Assembly: GCA_041660005.1 (NCBI GenBank)
Contig: JBAZXG010000006.1
Location: 1,879-65,878 of the forward strand
Source of the DNA: Patescibacteria group bacterium
GTDB lineage: Bacteria; Patescibacteriota; Patescibacteriia; GWA2-46-9
Reading direction: 5' to 3'
Length of the DNA: 64,000 nt
Below the pieces are notes generated by a model. It did no database searches and was not told where the DNA came from. It saw only the letters and a program-made list of their open reading frames with translations. Positions 10,057 to 20,791 of the stretch are shown one piece after another; position 1 is the stretch's first letter; the number at the start of each line of letters is the position of its first letter. Both the position numbers and the translations under genes were made by a program.

Positions 10057-10117
10057 ATAATTCTAATCGTCGTCCTTAATTTTCAATCTGTAATGCTTAA
10101 TCCGTAATTCGTAATCC

Positions 10118-12934
10118 TTAATTCCTAAATGCCTTCTTCAAGTACTGCCCCGTATACGACCCATGTACTTTGGCTACATCATGCGGCGTACCCGCAGCCA
10201 CCACTTCGCCGCCAGCAATGCCACCTTCTGGACCGAGGTCAATAACCCAGTCTGCTGACTTAATCACATCCAAATTGTGCTCGATAACTAATATAGAATT
10301 TCCTTTATCAACCAACCGCTGCAAAATAGTGAGGAGATGTTTCACATCCTCAAAATGCAGACCTGTTGTCGGCTCGTCTAAAATGTAGAGGGTTTTACCC
10401 GTGGCGCGACGCGATAACTCAGTAGCTAGTTTTACCCGCTGTGCTTCTCCGCCAGACAGAGTCGTCGCCGGTTGACCAAGGTGGATGTACCCAAGCCCGA
10501 CGTCATAGAGTGTATCGAGTTTGGCTTTAATGGCTGGAATATTCTGAAAAAAGTCTCTCGCCTCTTCAACCATCATATTGAGGACCTCTGCAATATTTTT
10601 ACCACGGTAGTGAATCTCCAACGCCGAAGCATTGTAGCGGGTCCCATGACACTCGTCGCAATCAACGTAGACGTCAGACAAAAATTGCATCTCAATGGCT
10701 ACCTGACCCTCACCCTGACAAGCTTCACATCTGCCACCTTTAACATTAAAACTAAAACGTCCGGGTTTATAGCCGCGAATATTCGACTCGGGAAGCGCAG
10801 CAAAGAGATCACGAATTGGCGTAAAGAGCCCAGAGTAGGTCGCAGGGTTTGAGCGCGGGGTACGACCAATCGGCGACTGGTCGATAGTGATAACTTTATC
10901 AAGATGTTCGAGACCGCGAATGGCTCTGTGTTTCCCGGGATTATCTTTTGTTCGGTAAAACTTCTGCGCGAGCGCCTTGGAAAGAATTTCTGTAACGAGC
11001 GTCGACTTGCCGGAACCGGAAACACCGGACACCACCACTAGTTTCCCTAAAGGAATGGTAACATCAACATTTTTCAAGTTAAACTCTGATGCACCAAGAA
11101 TGGTAAGCTCTTTACCGTTGCCTTTACGACACGCTTTCGGCGCACTGATCACCCGCTTACCCGAAAGATACTGGCCGGTAAGCGAACGAGGATTTTTTGC
11201 CACAGCACTTGGTGTACCTTGTGCGACAATGCGACCACCGTGCTTGCCCGCACCCGGACCAATATCAATAAGTTCGTCTGCGGCCAGCATTGTTTCTTCG
11301 TCGTGCTCCACCACGATCACCGTATTCCCTAAATCACGAAGCGACTTTAAGGTTGCAATAAGCCGTGCGTTGTCTCGCTGATGAAGACCGATCGACGGCT
11401 CATCAAGTATATAGATGACGCCGACAAGGCTCGAACCAATTTGCGTTGCCAAACGAATACGCTGCGCTTCACCGCCGGAAAGCGTTGTAGCAGAACGATC
11501 CAGCGTTAGGTAGTCAAGGCCGACGTTATGCAAAAACGTGAGTCGCGCGCGAATTTCTTTCAAGATTTGTTTGGCTATTTCCTGTTCTTTTTTTGTGAGT
11601 AACGTTTCCTTACTATCAAGGCCAGCAAAAAAATCTATCGCCCGATCGATACTGAGCATGGTCACGTCAGCAATAGAACGATTAGATACCGTCACCCCAA
11701 GTACCTCTGGCTTCAAACGTTTGCCGCCACAGCTCGGGCAAGGAGTAACCCGCATGTATCCTTCAATCTCGCTTCGGAAATAGTCAGAGTCAGTATCCTG
11801 ATAACGTCGCTCGAGGAATGGTATAACGCCCTCGAAGTCGTTTTCTGCATCACCGTAAAATACATAGTCGAGTTCGCTTTTTTTCATGCTACTCACCGGA
11901 ACGGTCAATACAAAATGTCGTCGCTTGGCTACTGTCTCGAGTTTAGACATATGCCAATACTGACTTGCTGCAGAACGCGACCATGGTCGAATTGCCCCCT
12001 CGGCAATAGAGAGGCGCGGGTTTGGGATGACAAGCTCTGGATCAATCTCCTGCTTGGTGCCAAGTCCGGTACATTTAGGACAAGCACCGTGCGGGCTGTT
12101 GAATGAAAAGTTTCTTGGTTCAAGTTCGGGCAAATCAATGCCACAAGTGGCACAGGCCAAGTGTTCGCTCATGAGATGATCGGTTTCACTAGCAACTTCG
12201 TGCACGATAACTAGACCGTTACCGAGATCAAGCGACTGCTCAATTGCTTCTCTGAGTCGTGTGGCGAGTTCACCACTTGCCGCTTTCCCCTGAAGCGGTA
12301 ACTCTAGCCGATCAACTACCACATCAAGACTGTGTTTCTTTTGCTTATCAACGGGCAATGCTTCCGCTTCTTGCAGTGTGTAGAAAAAGCCATCAAAACG
12401 AACCCGAGCGTATCCTGCTTTTTCAACTTCTTTCAATACTTTCTTGTGCTCTCCCTTCTGATCACGGACAACCGGTGCAAGCACCATAATACGTTCCGTG
12501 TTGAGCTTGAGTACTCGCCCCACGATTTGCGCAGTGGTTTGTCGAGAAATTTCTTGACCACATTTCGGGCAGTGAGGGTGACCCGCGCGAGCATACAACA
12601 AACGAAGATAGTCATAAATTTCAGTAACCGTACCAACGGTTGATCGCGGGTTATGGGAAACTGATTTCTGATCAATCGATATAGCCGGCGACAAACCGTC
12701 AATTTGGTCGACATCTGGTTTGTCCATGAGCCCCAAAAACTGTCGAGCGTAGGCAGAGAGCGACTCGACGTAACGGCGCTGACCTTCTGCGTAAATCGTA
12801 TCAAATGCGAGCGACGACTTGCCTGAACCAGAGAGACCCGTCAGCACGACAAGCTTGTCACGAGGAATCGTAACGTCAATATTTTGCAGATTGTGCACCC
12901 GCGCACCTTTAATGACAATGTTACTAGACAGCAT
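10118..12934 (-). CDS. uvrA: Excinuclease ABC subunit A
   Basis: 938 aa, two ABC ATPase modules ([10 protein letters not shown] / [18 protein letters not shown] x2), Zn-finger Cys clusters. Confidence 0.95.
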   Translation of the reverse strand: MLSSNIVIKGARVHNLQNIDVTIPRDKLVVLTGLSGSGKSSLAFDTIYAEGQRRYVESLSAYARQFLGLMDKPDVDQIDGLSPAISIDQKSVSHNPRSTVGTVTEIYDYLRLLYARAGHPHCPKCGQEISRQTTAQIVGRVLKLNTERIMVLAPVVRDQKGEHKKVLKEVEKAGYARVRFDGFFYTLQEAEALPVDKQKKHSLDVVVDRLELPLQGKAASGELATRLREAIEQSLDLGNGLVIVHEVASETDHLMSEHLACATCGIDLPELEPRNFSFNSPHGACPKCTGLGTKQEIDPELVIPNPRLSIAEGAIRPWSRSAASQYWHMSKLETVAKRRHFVLTVPVSSMKKSELDYVFYGDAENDFEGVIPFLERRYQDTDSDYFRSEIEGYMRVTPCPSCGGKRLKPEVLGVTVSNRSIADVTMLSIDRAIDFFAGLDSKETLLTKKEQEIAKQILKEIRARLTFLHNVGLDYLTLDRSATTLSGGEAQRIRLATQIGSSLVGVIYILDEPSIGLHQRDNARLIATLKSLRDLGNTVIVVEHDEETMLAADELIDIGPGAGKHGGRIVAQGTPSAVAKNPRSLTGQYLSGKRVISAPKACRKGNGKELTILGASEFNLKNVDVTIPLGKLVVVSGVSGSGKSTLVTEILSKALAQKFYRTKDNPGKHRAIRGLEHLDKVITIDQSPIGRTPRSNPATYSGLFTPIRDLFAALPESNIRGYKPGRFSFNVKGGRCEACQGEGQVAIEMQFLSDVYVDCDECHGTRYNASALEIHYRGKNIAEVLNMMVEEARDFFQNIPAIKAKLDTLYDVGLGYIHLGQPATTLSGGEAQRVKLATELSRRATGKTLYILDEPTTGLHFEDVKHLLTILQRLVDKGNSILVIEHNLDVIKSADWVIDLGPEGGIAGGEVVAAGTPHDVAKVHGSYTGQYLKKAFRN

Positions 12935-12940
12935 AAGACA

Positions 12941-13990
12941 CTAGTAACTGGTGCGGGCGCACACGCCAAGGTCTGGCGTATTATCGTAGTGAACATCGCG
13001 CGCATTACAAATTAGGCCAGCTGCGCAGTCACCATGATCGTCACCAATGATTCCATCATTTAAACAGGGTTCTCCTTCTCTCGCCATAGGGAGGCAACAA
13101 CCAGCAAAATCTGAAGGCCATGACAGTAAGGTATAAGGAATTGAGGTCCTTTGTTGGGGTGACTCTTGACTGAAAGGCGCGCAAGACCAGGCCTTATTGC
13201 AAGCATACCCATGCACCGTATCGCACTGAACATCGGCCAAACAATATCCTGCTTGTTTTTGTTCCTTTAACTGAGCTTGGCATTGTGCAAGATTAGAACA
13301 GCTACCTTTCGCACTATTCAGCTGGCAAGTGCTACCGGGATTATTCTTTTGACATATAGACAATGCCGCTTGTTGGCGTTCAGTCTCGCCATAGGAAGCA
13401 AAAGTGCAGGATGGATCAATAGTTTGGCATTCTGCCTGACTTATTGTTTTCTTCTGCACGTTATTTGGACAGGTGCAATCACCGAGTATCGTCGCAGGCG
13501 CATCGGTGCAAGTAGTCGCATTGGCAGTACTGTTACATAAACAACAATAGGTTTCCTGATCAATAACAGGTATACCAACATGACCGATGTTCATTATCTG
13601 ATCGAGCGGTTTAAAAGTTACCAGCGCAGGATTGATTGTATTTAAAAGTACCCAGGAAACAAGCAGCAAAACATAGCCTGAAAGCGCCCCATTAATGTAA
13701 CTTTTTGCCCGTTCAATTTGCGTCGTGTTACCAGCAGACGTTAGCCATAAAAAACCGCCAACAGCCAAAATTATGCCAGCTAACACCCCTGCAGCGTATA
13801 CGGAAAACGTGTAGACCGATAAAATATACTTTCCAATGGTGTCGTTTGCTATGTTAACGGTTGAATTGGCATTTCCAAAACCTGGCAAACCGACTTGCAA
13901 TTTCAGCGATACCGCCAACACTTGGCTGCCAGCCATCAATCCAACAAAAACAAATAGTATAAATAATTGCAGCGCTCTTTTTTTTGTCAT
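12941..13990 (-). CDS. Signal peptide + two-TM TrbC/VirB2-like pilin-type N-terminus with a long Cys-rich (~40 Cys) extracellular C-terminal domain
   Basis: 349 aa; N-terminal [26 protein letters not shown], two further TM helices, then a Cys-dense region. Assigning it to the TrbC/VirB2 family is inference from topology only. Confidence 0.55.
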   Translation of the reverse strand: MTKKRALQLFILFVFVGLMAGSQVLAVSLKLQVGLPGFGNANSTVNIANDTIGKYILSVYTFSVYAAGVLAGIILAVGGFLWLTSAGNTTQIERAKSYINGALSGYVLLLVSWVLLNTINPALVTFKPLDQIMNIGHVGIPVIDQETYCCLCNSTANATTCTDAPATILGDCTCPNNVQKKTISQAECQTIDPSCTFASYGETERQQAALSICQKNNPGSTCQLNSAKGSCSNLAQCQAQLKEQKQAGYCLADVQCDTVHGYACNKAWSCAPFSQESPQQRTSIPYTLLSWPSDFAGCCLPMAREGEPCLNDGIIGDDHGDCAAGLICNARDVHYDNTPDLGVCARTSY

Positions 13991-13992
13991 AA

Positions 13993-14742
13993 TTACTGCT
14001 TTGTTGAAGTAAGAAGCATATCGACAACTTGTTGGAACAAATCCTTCGGAATCGCCCCAGCAATTTTATGACCGTTAATAAACCACGTTGGAGTACCCTC
14101 TACGCCGAGCGCCGTACCGTCTGCAATATCTCGCTCAACAACACTTTTATACCGATGACCCGAGAAGCAGGTAGTAAAGCGCTGACTATCGGCTCCAACC
14201 TGGCGTGCGTACGTAAGCAAGCTTGTCTCGTCAAGTGCCGATTGATTAAGAAACAGCCGGTCGTGGTATGGCAAAAATTTATCTTGCTCGGCTGCGCACA
14301 TTGAGGCCTCTGCCGCCAACATTGCGTCTGGATGCAGTGATGCCACAGGAAATTGCCGATACACAAACCTCAAACCATCCGGATACTGTGCCATTAAAGA
14401 CCGTATAATAGGAAAAGACTCCTCACAAAATGGACATTGGAAGTCTCCAAACTCAACGACCGTTACTGGTGCATCGGATCGGCCCACTACCAGACTATCG
14501 CTCCGTATCAACTTTTCTGCGTCGCTCGCGCTTACCGCCGGCGGGAGACTACTTTCGCTAAAAGGGTTTTGATTTTGGCCTGTTGTTGACTGAGATAACC
14601 GAGCGTAAATCCGAGAACTAATAGAGAGAACTAAAAGCACTACTCCGCCCAAAATAAAAAGCAGTGCAATTCCCCACCACCGACGCCACCATGGTTTTGG
14701 TGTTGAAACAGCAGAATAGGATGGAGATAAAAAATCGTTCAC
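13993..14742 (-). CDS. Membrane-anchored DsbA-family thiol:disulfide oxidoreductase (thioredoxin fold, CPFC active site)
   Basis: 249 aa, N-terminal TM, VVEFGDFQCPFC motif, GTPTWFING near C-terminus. Confidence 0.75.
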   Translation of the reverse strand: MNDFLSPSYSAVSTPKPWWRRWWGIALLFILGGVVLLVLSISSRIYARLSQSTTGQNQNPFSESSLPPAVSASDAEKLIRSDSLVVGRSDAPVTVVEFGDFQCPFCEESFPIIRSLMAQYPDGLRFVYRQFPVASLHPDAMLAAEASMCAAEQDKFLPYHDRLFLNQSALDETSLLTYARQVGADSQRFTTCFSGHRYKSVVERDIADGTALGVEGTPTWFINGHKIAGAIPKDLFQQVVDMLLTSTKQ

Positions 14743-14868
14743 GTGTTGCCTAATAATGCTCTAAATAGCTACACTATAAGAACCACTGTAACATTCCACA
14801 TACTTTACGGTAAGTATAATAGCGGTGTCCTAGTCTAACATGTTCACCGGGTGCTGTCTACCAATTAT

Positions 14869-15030
14869 ATGAAAAGAAAGGCAACAAAAGAGAATGAATA
14901 TGCAATACCGCAAAATCAAGCGGCTCGTTGGAAACGTCGCGACCGTAAACGTAATCCTACAATGCAGGTCAGCGGTAGAGGAGTAAAACGCTTAGCAGCA
15001 CTGCTGGAAAACAAGAAAAAGTTTGGTTGA
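14869..15030 (+). CDS. Small basic ORF (53 aa, MKRKATKENEYAIPQNQAARWKRRDRKRNPTMQVSGRGVKRLAALLENKKKFG); possibly a real small protein or leader peptide
   Basis: ATG-to-TGA ORF found by hand in the intergenic region upstream of secG (below the track's 60 aa cut-off). No recognisable family. Confidence 0.2.
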   Translation: MKRKATKENEYAIPQNQAARWKRRDRKRNPTMQVSGRGVKRLAALLENKKKFG

Positions 15031-15055
15031 CAGCAGAGGTACAATATGCTACAGT
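15027..15055 (+). promoter_or_regulatory. Sigma70-like promoter TTGACA-N17-TACAGT (extended -10 TGn) for secG
   Basis: Sequence ttgacaGCAGAGGTACAATATGCtacagt located ~60 nt upstream of the secG ATG. Confidence 0.4.
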
Positions 15056-15112
15056 CATCACTGAGTAATCGTACTTAATTTGCACTGCCCGCAGGGCTTT
15101 TCTTTTTTACCT

Positions 15113-15340
15113 ATGAATCAACTTAAAGCAGCACTCCCGATAATCCAAATAGTTCTCTCGGTACTTCTTATTATTACGGTGCTTCTTCAACAGAGAGGGA
15201 GCGAAGTTGGTGGCGCATTTGGCGGAGCTGGTGGCGCAGTGTATCGAACAAAACGTGGTATTGAAAAAACACTATTTCGCGCGACAATTGTTCTTGGAAT
15301 ACTGTTCGCGGGCGCCTCTCTTCTGCGTCTACTCATTTAG
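15113..15340 (+). CDS. secG: Preprotein translocase subunit SecG
   Basis: MNQLKAALPIIQIVLSVLLIITVLLQQRGSE...GGAGG motif typical of SecG. The track ORF begins at a TTG (15080); ATG 15113 is preferred. Confidence 0.8.
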   Translation: MNQLKAALPIIQIVLSVLLIITVLLQQRGSEVGGAFGGAGGAVYRTKRGIEKTLFRATIVLGILFAGASLLRLLI

Positions 15341-15374
15341 GTCTTAGCAAACCGCATGGTTTGCAGGGAACTTA

Positions 15375-17201
15375 TTGAGTACTAAACCTATGAAACAAAG
15401 GGAACCTTTTGATGGCCAAAACACTGAACCGGCGAACCCGGCTTCAGCAAGACGGCACATGGTTTTGCTAAATCAAATTCGTAACCTCTACCAATCTACC
15501 AAGAGCAAACTTCCCACAGTACGGCAACTGGCTCACTGTGGTCTCGTTTTCTCTAAACGAGAACGACAGCTTTTGGCAGGATGCTTTGCTATTATTACCG
15601 CTTCTCTCATTTGGCTCGGGGTTAACCAAGTCAGCGCTCACCTTGTAATAAATCCTGCGGTTGGCGGCGCTTACCAAGAAGCTATTGTCGGTCAACCAAG
15701 CTTTCTCAATCCCATCTTTGCCAACGCACGGGCCGTTGATGTTGATCTTACGCGACTCACCTTTTCCGGATTGATGCGCTACGATGTAAACCTCAAGCCA
15801 GTACCCGACCTCGCTGATTCAGTTACGGTGAGCGACGATGGCAAAACATACACGTTCACCCTTCACGACAACTTGCTTTGGCACGACAACGAAGCACTCA
15901 CCGTTGATGACGTCATCTTCACCTACGAAAGCTTAACTGATCCGGAACTTCGAAGCCCACTCAGCACCACCTTTCGCGGTGTAGTTGTAGAACGCGTAAA
16001 CGACAAAACAGTCCGATTCACTTTGAAAGAACCCTACGCTGACTTTTTAGATACTTTAACTGTCGGAATTATTCCGCAGCACATTTGGGGGAAGATCCCA
16101 GCAGCACAATGGCGACTCGCTGACTTTAATATCCGCCCTGTCGGCAGCGGTCCATGGCAATTCGCTAGTCTCAACCAAGACCGTGATGGTTTTATTAAAA
16201 GCTATACCATGACGCGCGCCGATAGTCGCCCTGTGGCCGGGTATCTTGACCGCCTCGTTTTTAAATTTTTCACCGACGAACCCAGCGCCATCAGCGCCTT
16301 ACGTAACCACAGCGTTGATGGATTCACCCTTCTTTCTTCTGACGGCTTTCGTGAGTTCGCCCGTCGAGATGGCGGCTTTACTCACTACGACCTCCATCTG
16401 CCAGCAGTAAGCGCTGTCTTCTTTAATCTCGGTCAATCAGGACCACTCGGCACTCTCGCTATTCGACAAGCACTTGATTTAGCAGTTGACCGACGCGCTC
16501 TCGTACTAGATACATTGCCCGGAGAAGCCGCTGTCAGCACCGGACCACTGCCAACAATTTCCTACGATGCTGAGACCAAAGAGAGTCCGCATTTTGATAA
16601 AGAGGGTGCAGAAAAATTACTGGACCAAGCTGGCTGGAAACTTGACGGCAATACCAGAAAAAATAAAAAAGGCGATGCACTAGAGATAACGCTCACTATT
16701 CTCGACCGGGATCCCGACCGAACCGCCGGCCAATTTATTCAGACTGCTTGGCAAGCAATCGGCGTTAACACAAAAATTGACCTCATCTCCCCCGCAACAC
16801 CCATGAACGTGCAGAGAACCGTTCTCCGACCGCGCGCTTATCAAGCACTACTCTACACCATTGTCTACGGGGCGCGACCTGATCCTTACCCGTTTTGGCA
16901 TTCATCGCAGCGTGTCGACCCAGGTCTTAACTTATCGCTTTTTAATGATAGCGATGCCGACAAAGCGATAGAAAAAATTCGTCGCTCTAACGACGAAGCA
17001 ATAAGAAACCAAGGATATGATGATCTACGTAAAGCCATCGGCAATGCAGTCCCTGCCGTCTTCCTGTATACGCCAACCAAGGAGTATATTATCAACGATG
17101 ACGTACGCGGTATAACGGTTAACGCTATTGCTAGCTTAGCTGACCGACTCAATAATCTTGACTCCTGGTACATTAAAACAACTCAGCATATCATTTGGTA
17201 A
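15375..17201 (+). CDS. ABC transporter substrate-binding protein, family 5 (oligopeptide/dipeptide OppA/DppA-like), N-terminal membrane anchor
   Basis: 608 aa; DDGKTYTFTLHDNLLWHDNEALTVDDVIFTYE is typical of the SBP_bac_5 fold. No cognate permease genes adjacent. Confidence 0.65.
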   Translation: MSTKPMKQREPFDGQNTEPANPASARRHMVLLNQIRNLYQSTKSKLPTVRQLAHCGLVFSKRERQLLAGCFAIITASLIWLGVNQVSAHLVINPAVGGAYQEAIVGQPSFLNPIFANARAVDVDLTRLTFSGLMRYDVNLKPVPDLADSVTVSDDGKTYTFTLHDNLLWHDNEALTVDDVIFTYESLTDPELRSPLSTTFRGVVVERVNDKTVRFTLKEPYADFLDTLTVGIIPQHIWGKIPAAQWRLADFNIRPVGSGPWQFASLNQDRDGFIKSYTMTRADSRPVAGYLDRLVFKFFTDEPSAISALRNHSVDGFTLLSSDGFREFARRDGGFTHYDLHLPAVSAVFFNLGQSGPLGTLAIRQALDLAVDRRALVLDTLPGEAAVSTGPLPTISYDAETKESPHFDKEGAEKLLDQAGWKLDGNTRKNKKGDALEITLTILDRDPDRTAGQFIQTAWQAIGVNTKIDLISPATPMNVQRTVLRPRAYQALLYTIVYGARPDPYPFWHSSQRVDPGLNLSLFNDSDADKAIEKIRRSNDEAIRNQGYDDLRKAIGNAVPAVFLYTPTKEYIINDDVRGITVNAIASLADRLNNLDSWYIKTTQHIIW

Positions 17202-17302
17202 AAGCAGACAGCGTCTGGTGTTCGTGCTATCGTAGGCGCAGAACATGATTGACCGTGAGCCGTAGCTGCACTCCCCTAACTAATCGCATCTAACAATACT
17301 GC

Positions 17303-17389
17303 GCAGGCGTGGCGGAACTGGTATACGCGTACGCTTCAGGAGCGTATGGGAGTAATCCCGTGAGGGTTCGAGTCCCTCCGCCTGCACCA
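17303..17389 (+). tRNA. tRNA-Leu (anticodon CAG), type II with long variable arm, CCA encoded
   Basis: Acceptor GCAGGCG/CGCCTGC, anticodon arm TACGC-TTCAGGA-GCGTA, T-arm GAGGG-TTCGAGT-CCCTC. Confidence 0.85.
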
Positions 17390-17580
17390 AAAGGTTAAGG
17401 CAAACCTTCCGGTTTTCCTTAATATTCCTTTCTCTCAGCAGAGGACGTGAAGTAATCATTCCGTGCGCAAGCAGGCAAGCCCTACGGCCTGCGTACTCAT
17501 TCTTACTTCACTCGCGAAGAACAGTTCGAGACAACATCATGCCTGTCCGCCTTTGGCGGAGTTTTCTCGAATATCTATTC
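17390..17580 (+). repeat. Copy 1 of modular tRNA-flanking structured repeat family (modules A-D-C), starting 5 nt after tRNA-Leu(CAG)
   Basis: Shares long near-identical blocks with 23354-23690, 37380-37805 (reverse complement) and 52795-52875. One module is gtgaagtaatcattccgtgcgcaagcaggcaagccctacggcctgcgtactcattcttacttcac (nested hairpins); another is ttcgagacaacatcatgcctgtccgcctttggcggagttttctcgaa. Confidence 0.6.
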
Positions 17581-17684
17581 CCTTCCCATTAATTTTTCTT
17601 CGTAATTTATTCTTATTTATTTTATTTTTGGCTGCATCATCCCTGTGAGAACAGCGAGACGCATGCCACCACAACTACATACGT

Positions 17685-19511
17685 ATGACTGAACAGCATA
17701 AGTTCAAAAGCCGCCCACCTCGTGGGCAAGGCCGCCATCGTTACCATGGCGCAAAAACAGTGAGCGGTAACAAAGAGCACCACAAGGAAGAACAAAAAGA
17801 AGACAGCAACCGATTGAGCAAACCGGTCTTGACGAGCGCCACGCCAAAAGGAACCCTACGGGTAATTCCGATTGGTGGTCTCGAAGAAATTGGCCGCAAC
17901 TGCACCGTGTTTGAATATGGCGATGATATCATCGTTGTCGATATGGGCATTCAGTTCCCCGAAGAAGACATGCCGGGTATCGACTTTATTATTCCAAATT
18001 TAAGCTACCTCAAAGGCAAGGAGAAGCGTATTCGAGGTGTCTTTATCACGCACGGACACATGGATCACCTCGGGGCTATACCGTACCTCTTTCAACAAAT
18101 TGGTAATCCACCGGTCTACAGTGCACCACTGACGCTCGGCATCATCCAGCGACGCCAGGAAGAATTTCCGCGTGCACCAAAACTGCACCTGATAAAAATT
18201 GACTCAACGAAACGTGTACCAATAGGCAAGCACTTTGTCATTGAACCGTTCCACGTCAATCACAACATCACCGATTCATTCGGGCTCCTCATTCATACAC
18301 CCGTCGGCACGATTGCTCATACTGGTGACTTTAAGTTTGACTATACCCCGGTTGATGAAAAACCTGCTGAGATTGCACGACTGGCAGAAATTGGTAACAA
18401 AGGTGTTTTGGCGCTCATGGCTGACAGCACCAATGCTACCTCGCCGGGATACCAAATCTCTGAAAAAGACGTCGGGGAAAATCTTGAACAGCTTATTCGA
18501 AAAGCTGATGGACGCATCATTATTGGTGCATTTGCTTCCCTCTTAACACGTCACCAACAAATCATCGACATTGCCGAAAAAGTTGGACGAAAAGTACTTC
18601 TCCTCGGGCGTAGTATTCACAACTACGTTGAAATTGCTCAGCGTCTCAAATACTTTAAGGTACCCAAAGGCATTCTCATTGAAGACGCTGACTTCAATAA
18701 GCTGCCCGACAATAAGGTCCTAGTCATTTGCACGGGCGCCATGGGGCAAAAAAACTCTGCACTTATGCGCATCGCCAGTAACGAACACCGTCTCATTACC
18801 TTAAAAAAGGGCGATACCATTCTCTTTTCCTCCTCGGTTATTCCAGGTAACGAGCGTACCGTTGAACGCCTACAGGATTCGTTGGTGCGCAAAGGCGCTA
18901 ACGTCTATAACAACGCCATGATGGACATTCACTCCGGTGGTCACGCCAAGCAAGAGGATCTCAAACTGCTCCAGCGCCTCATTCGACCCAAATACTTCAT
19001 CCCGATTCACGGTAACCACTTCCGCCTAAAAATTCACGGCGAGCTGGCAACTGAAACGGGCGTTGAACAAAAAAATGTGTTCATTGCAGACAACGGGCAA
19101 GTGATTGAATTCACCAAAGCTGGCGGTCAACTTACGAAAAAACATGTCCCGGCGGATCACGTATTCGTCGACGGACTGGGAGTTGGCGACGTCTCAAATG
19201 TGGTTCTCCGAGAACGTCAGGCCATGGCTGAAGAGGGTATGTTTGTCATTATTACAACGATCGATAATAAGACCGGAAAACTGGTCGGCGAACCCGATAT
19301 TATTTCCCGAGGATTTATCTACATGAAAGAGAACCCTCGATTAATAGAAAAAGTACGCGACAAGGTTAAAAAAATTCTCGAGGACTCAAAAACCGACACG
19401 CCTGCCTTTGACGCTTACATCAAAGAAAAAATTCGCAACGAAGTTGGCCAACTCCTCTACGCGCATACGCGCCGACGACCAATGGTACTGCCAGTAGTAA
19501 ACGAAGTTTAG
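17685..19511 (+). CDS. rnj: Ribonuclease J (metallo-beta-lactamase/beta-CASP RNase)
   Basis: 608 aa; HGHMDHLGAIPYL motif, beta-CASP motifs, basic N-terminal extension. Confidence 0.9.
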   Translation: MTEQHKFKSRPPRGQGRHRYHGAKTVSGNKEHHKEEQKEDSNRLSKPVLTSATPKGTLRVIPIGGLEEIGRNCTVFEYGDDIIVVDMGIQFPEEDMPGIDFIIPNLSYLKGKEKRIRGVFITHGHMDHLGAIPYLFQQIGNPPVYSAPLTLGIIQRRQEEFPRAPKLHLIKIDSTKRVPIGKHFVIEPFHVNHNITDSFGLLIHTPVGTIAHTGDFKFDYTPVDEKPAEIARLAEIGNKGVLALMADSTNATSPGYQISEKDVGENLEQLIRKADGRIIIGAFASLLTRHQQIIDIAEKVGRKVLLLGRSIHNYVEIAQRLKYFKVPKGILIEDADFNKLPDNKVLVICTGAMGQKNSALMRIASNEHRLITLKKGDTILFSSSVIPGNERTVERLQDSLVRKGANVYNNAMMDIHSGGHAKQEDLKLLQRLIRPKYFIPIHGNHFRLKIHGELATETGVEQKNVFIADNGQVIEFTKAGGQLTKKHVPADHVFVDGLGVGDVSNVVLRERQAMAEEGMFVIITTIDNKTGKLVGEPDIISRGFIYMKENPRLIEKVRDKVKKILEDSKTDTPAFDAYIKEKIRNEVGQLLYAHTRRRPMVLPVVNEV

Positions 19512-19519
19512 CCCTGAAT

Positions 19520-19660
19520 TTTTCGACTTTCACCATTCGCTATTTGCGATTAGCTATTTGCTATTAGCCATTCGCGATTAGTTCCGACGATTAGTCGGAA
19601 CCCCGATTCAATAAATTTTTCTAATCTAGCGTCGGGGCTATTTGCCATTTGCTATCTGCT
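19520..19660. repeat. Degenerate tandem (C/T)ATT(T/C)GC(G/T)ATTAG heptamer/12-mer repeats plus hairpin ttccgacgattagtcggaa, in the convergent gap rnj / PBP gene
   Basis: cattcgctatttgcgattagctatttgctattagccattcgcgattag ... ctatttgccatttgctatctgc. The same TATTTGC/CATTTGC motif recurs inside the 16S expansion segment (~27355-27385). Confidence 0.4.
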
Positions 19661-20791
19661 ACTGGACGCGTAAGGTACAAGCGCTCCTTGCTTGACGCGA
19701 TAGAGTGCGAAGTTCGAAAGTATATCCCCGTTACCGTCGAAGGTGATCTGACCACTTGCACCTTTATAGCCAGAGACACTGCTTAGCCCATCACGAACAC
19801 AAGACCCTGAAACCGAGGTACAAGACCGTGCGATGCGTCCGACAATTTCCAGTGCATCAAAGGCCCGTGCCGCGTAAATATGCTCTGGCCGAACAGGTTC
19901 ATGGTAGGTCTTCAAATAAAGGTCCTTGAACCTGTCCACGCTTGCTGACCCTTCAAAAGGAGCACCTACAACCAACAAACCCTCAGCTGCCGTACCAGCA
20001 GCATCAAAAAAGCCCTGTGCACCAAGGAGGGCTGTTGAAGAGATGAACTGCATAGTCAATCCGAGCTCCCGAGCTTGTCGCAAAATGAGCGCCCCTTCAT
20101 TTGGATAACTCGCAAGATAAATCACCTGAGAATTTTTTTGTTTCAACTTTGTTAACTGCATCCGAAAATCCGTATCTCCAATGGTGAATAGCTCCCTGTC
20201 GTTAACAACACCACCTGCTTTTTCAAAAGCATCAGAAAGTGCTTGACTAACACCAACTCCATAATCGTTATTCACTGACAAAAGAGAAATATTTTTTTGA
20301 TTCAGTGTACTCAAAAGGGCATCCGCTACATAACTACCTTCAGCTGACGCTGACGGATAATTTCTAAATGTAAAGTCACTTAGCGTACTATAAAGCGGGG
20401 TTGCTGTTGCCACTCCCATCTGTACAACACGATCGTTATTTACAATCGGAGTAAGCGCCGTACCAACACCAGAACCCCAGGTAAAAACGAGTGGAAATGC
20501 ATACCGAGTTTTTAAACTATTGTATTCACTGATTGCCACCGTTGAATCGCCACCCTGACTATCGCCGTAAACAATGCGAACAGGGGGTCCAGACTGTGCG
20601 TTGAGATCATTTGCTGCAAGCTCTAACCCTCGACGTACCCACTCTCCTTGATCGGCACCGTTGCCTGATAAAGGAAGAATGGCAGCAAGTATAATTTCAG
20701 ACTTCGTTCGTGACCTATACCTTGTCACTACAAATACTGCACTACTCGCTAATAACAAAAGAACAACAAGCAGTAACAACCTCTTATTCAT
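19652..20791 (-). CDS. Periplasmic-binding-protein type 1 (LivJ/branched-chain amino acid-binding-like) lipo/anchored protein
   Basis: 379 aa, N-terminal hydrophobic anchor, ILPLSGNGADQGEWVRRGLELA is typical of the Peripla_BP_6 fold. Confidence 0.65.
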   Translation of the reverse strand: MNKRLLLLVVLLLLASSAVFVVTRYRSRTKSEIILAAILPLSGNGADQGEWVRRGLELAANDLNAQSGPPVRIVYGDSQGGDSTVAISEYNSLKTRYAFPLVFTWGSGVGTALTPIVNNDRVVQMGVATATPLYSTLSDFTFRNYPSASAEGSYVADALLSTLNQKNISLLSVNNDYGVGVSQALSDAFEKAGGVVNDRELFTIGDTDFRMQLTKLKQKNSQVIYLASYPNEGALILRQARELGLTMQFISSTALLGAQGFFDAAGTAAEGLLVVGAPFEGSASVDRFKDLYLKTYHEPVRPEHIYAARAFDALEIVGRIARSCTSVSGSCVRDGLSSVSGYKGASGQITFDGNGDILSNFALYRVKQGALVPYASSSR

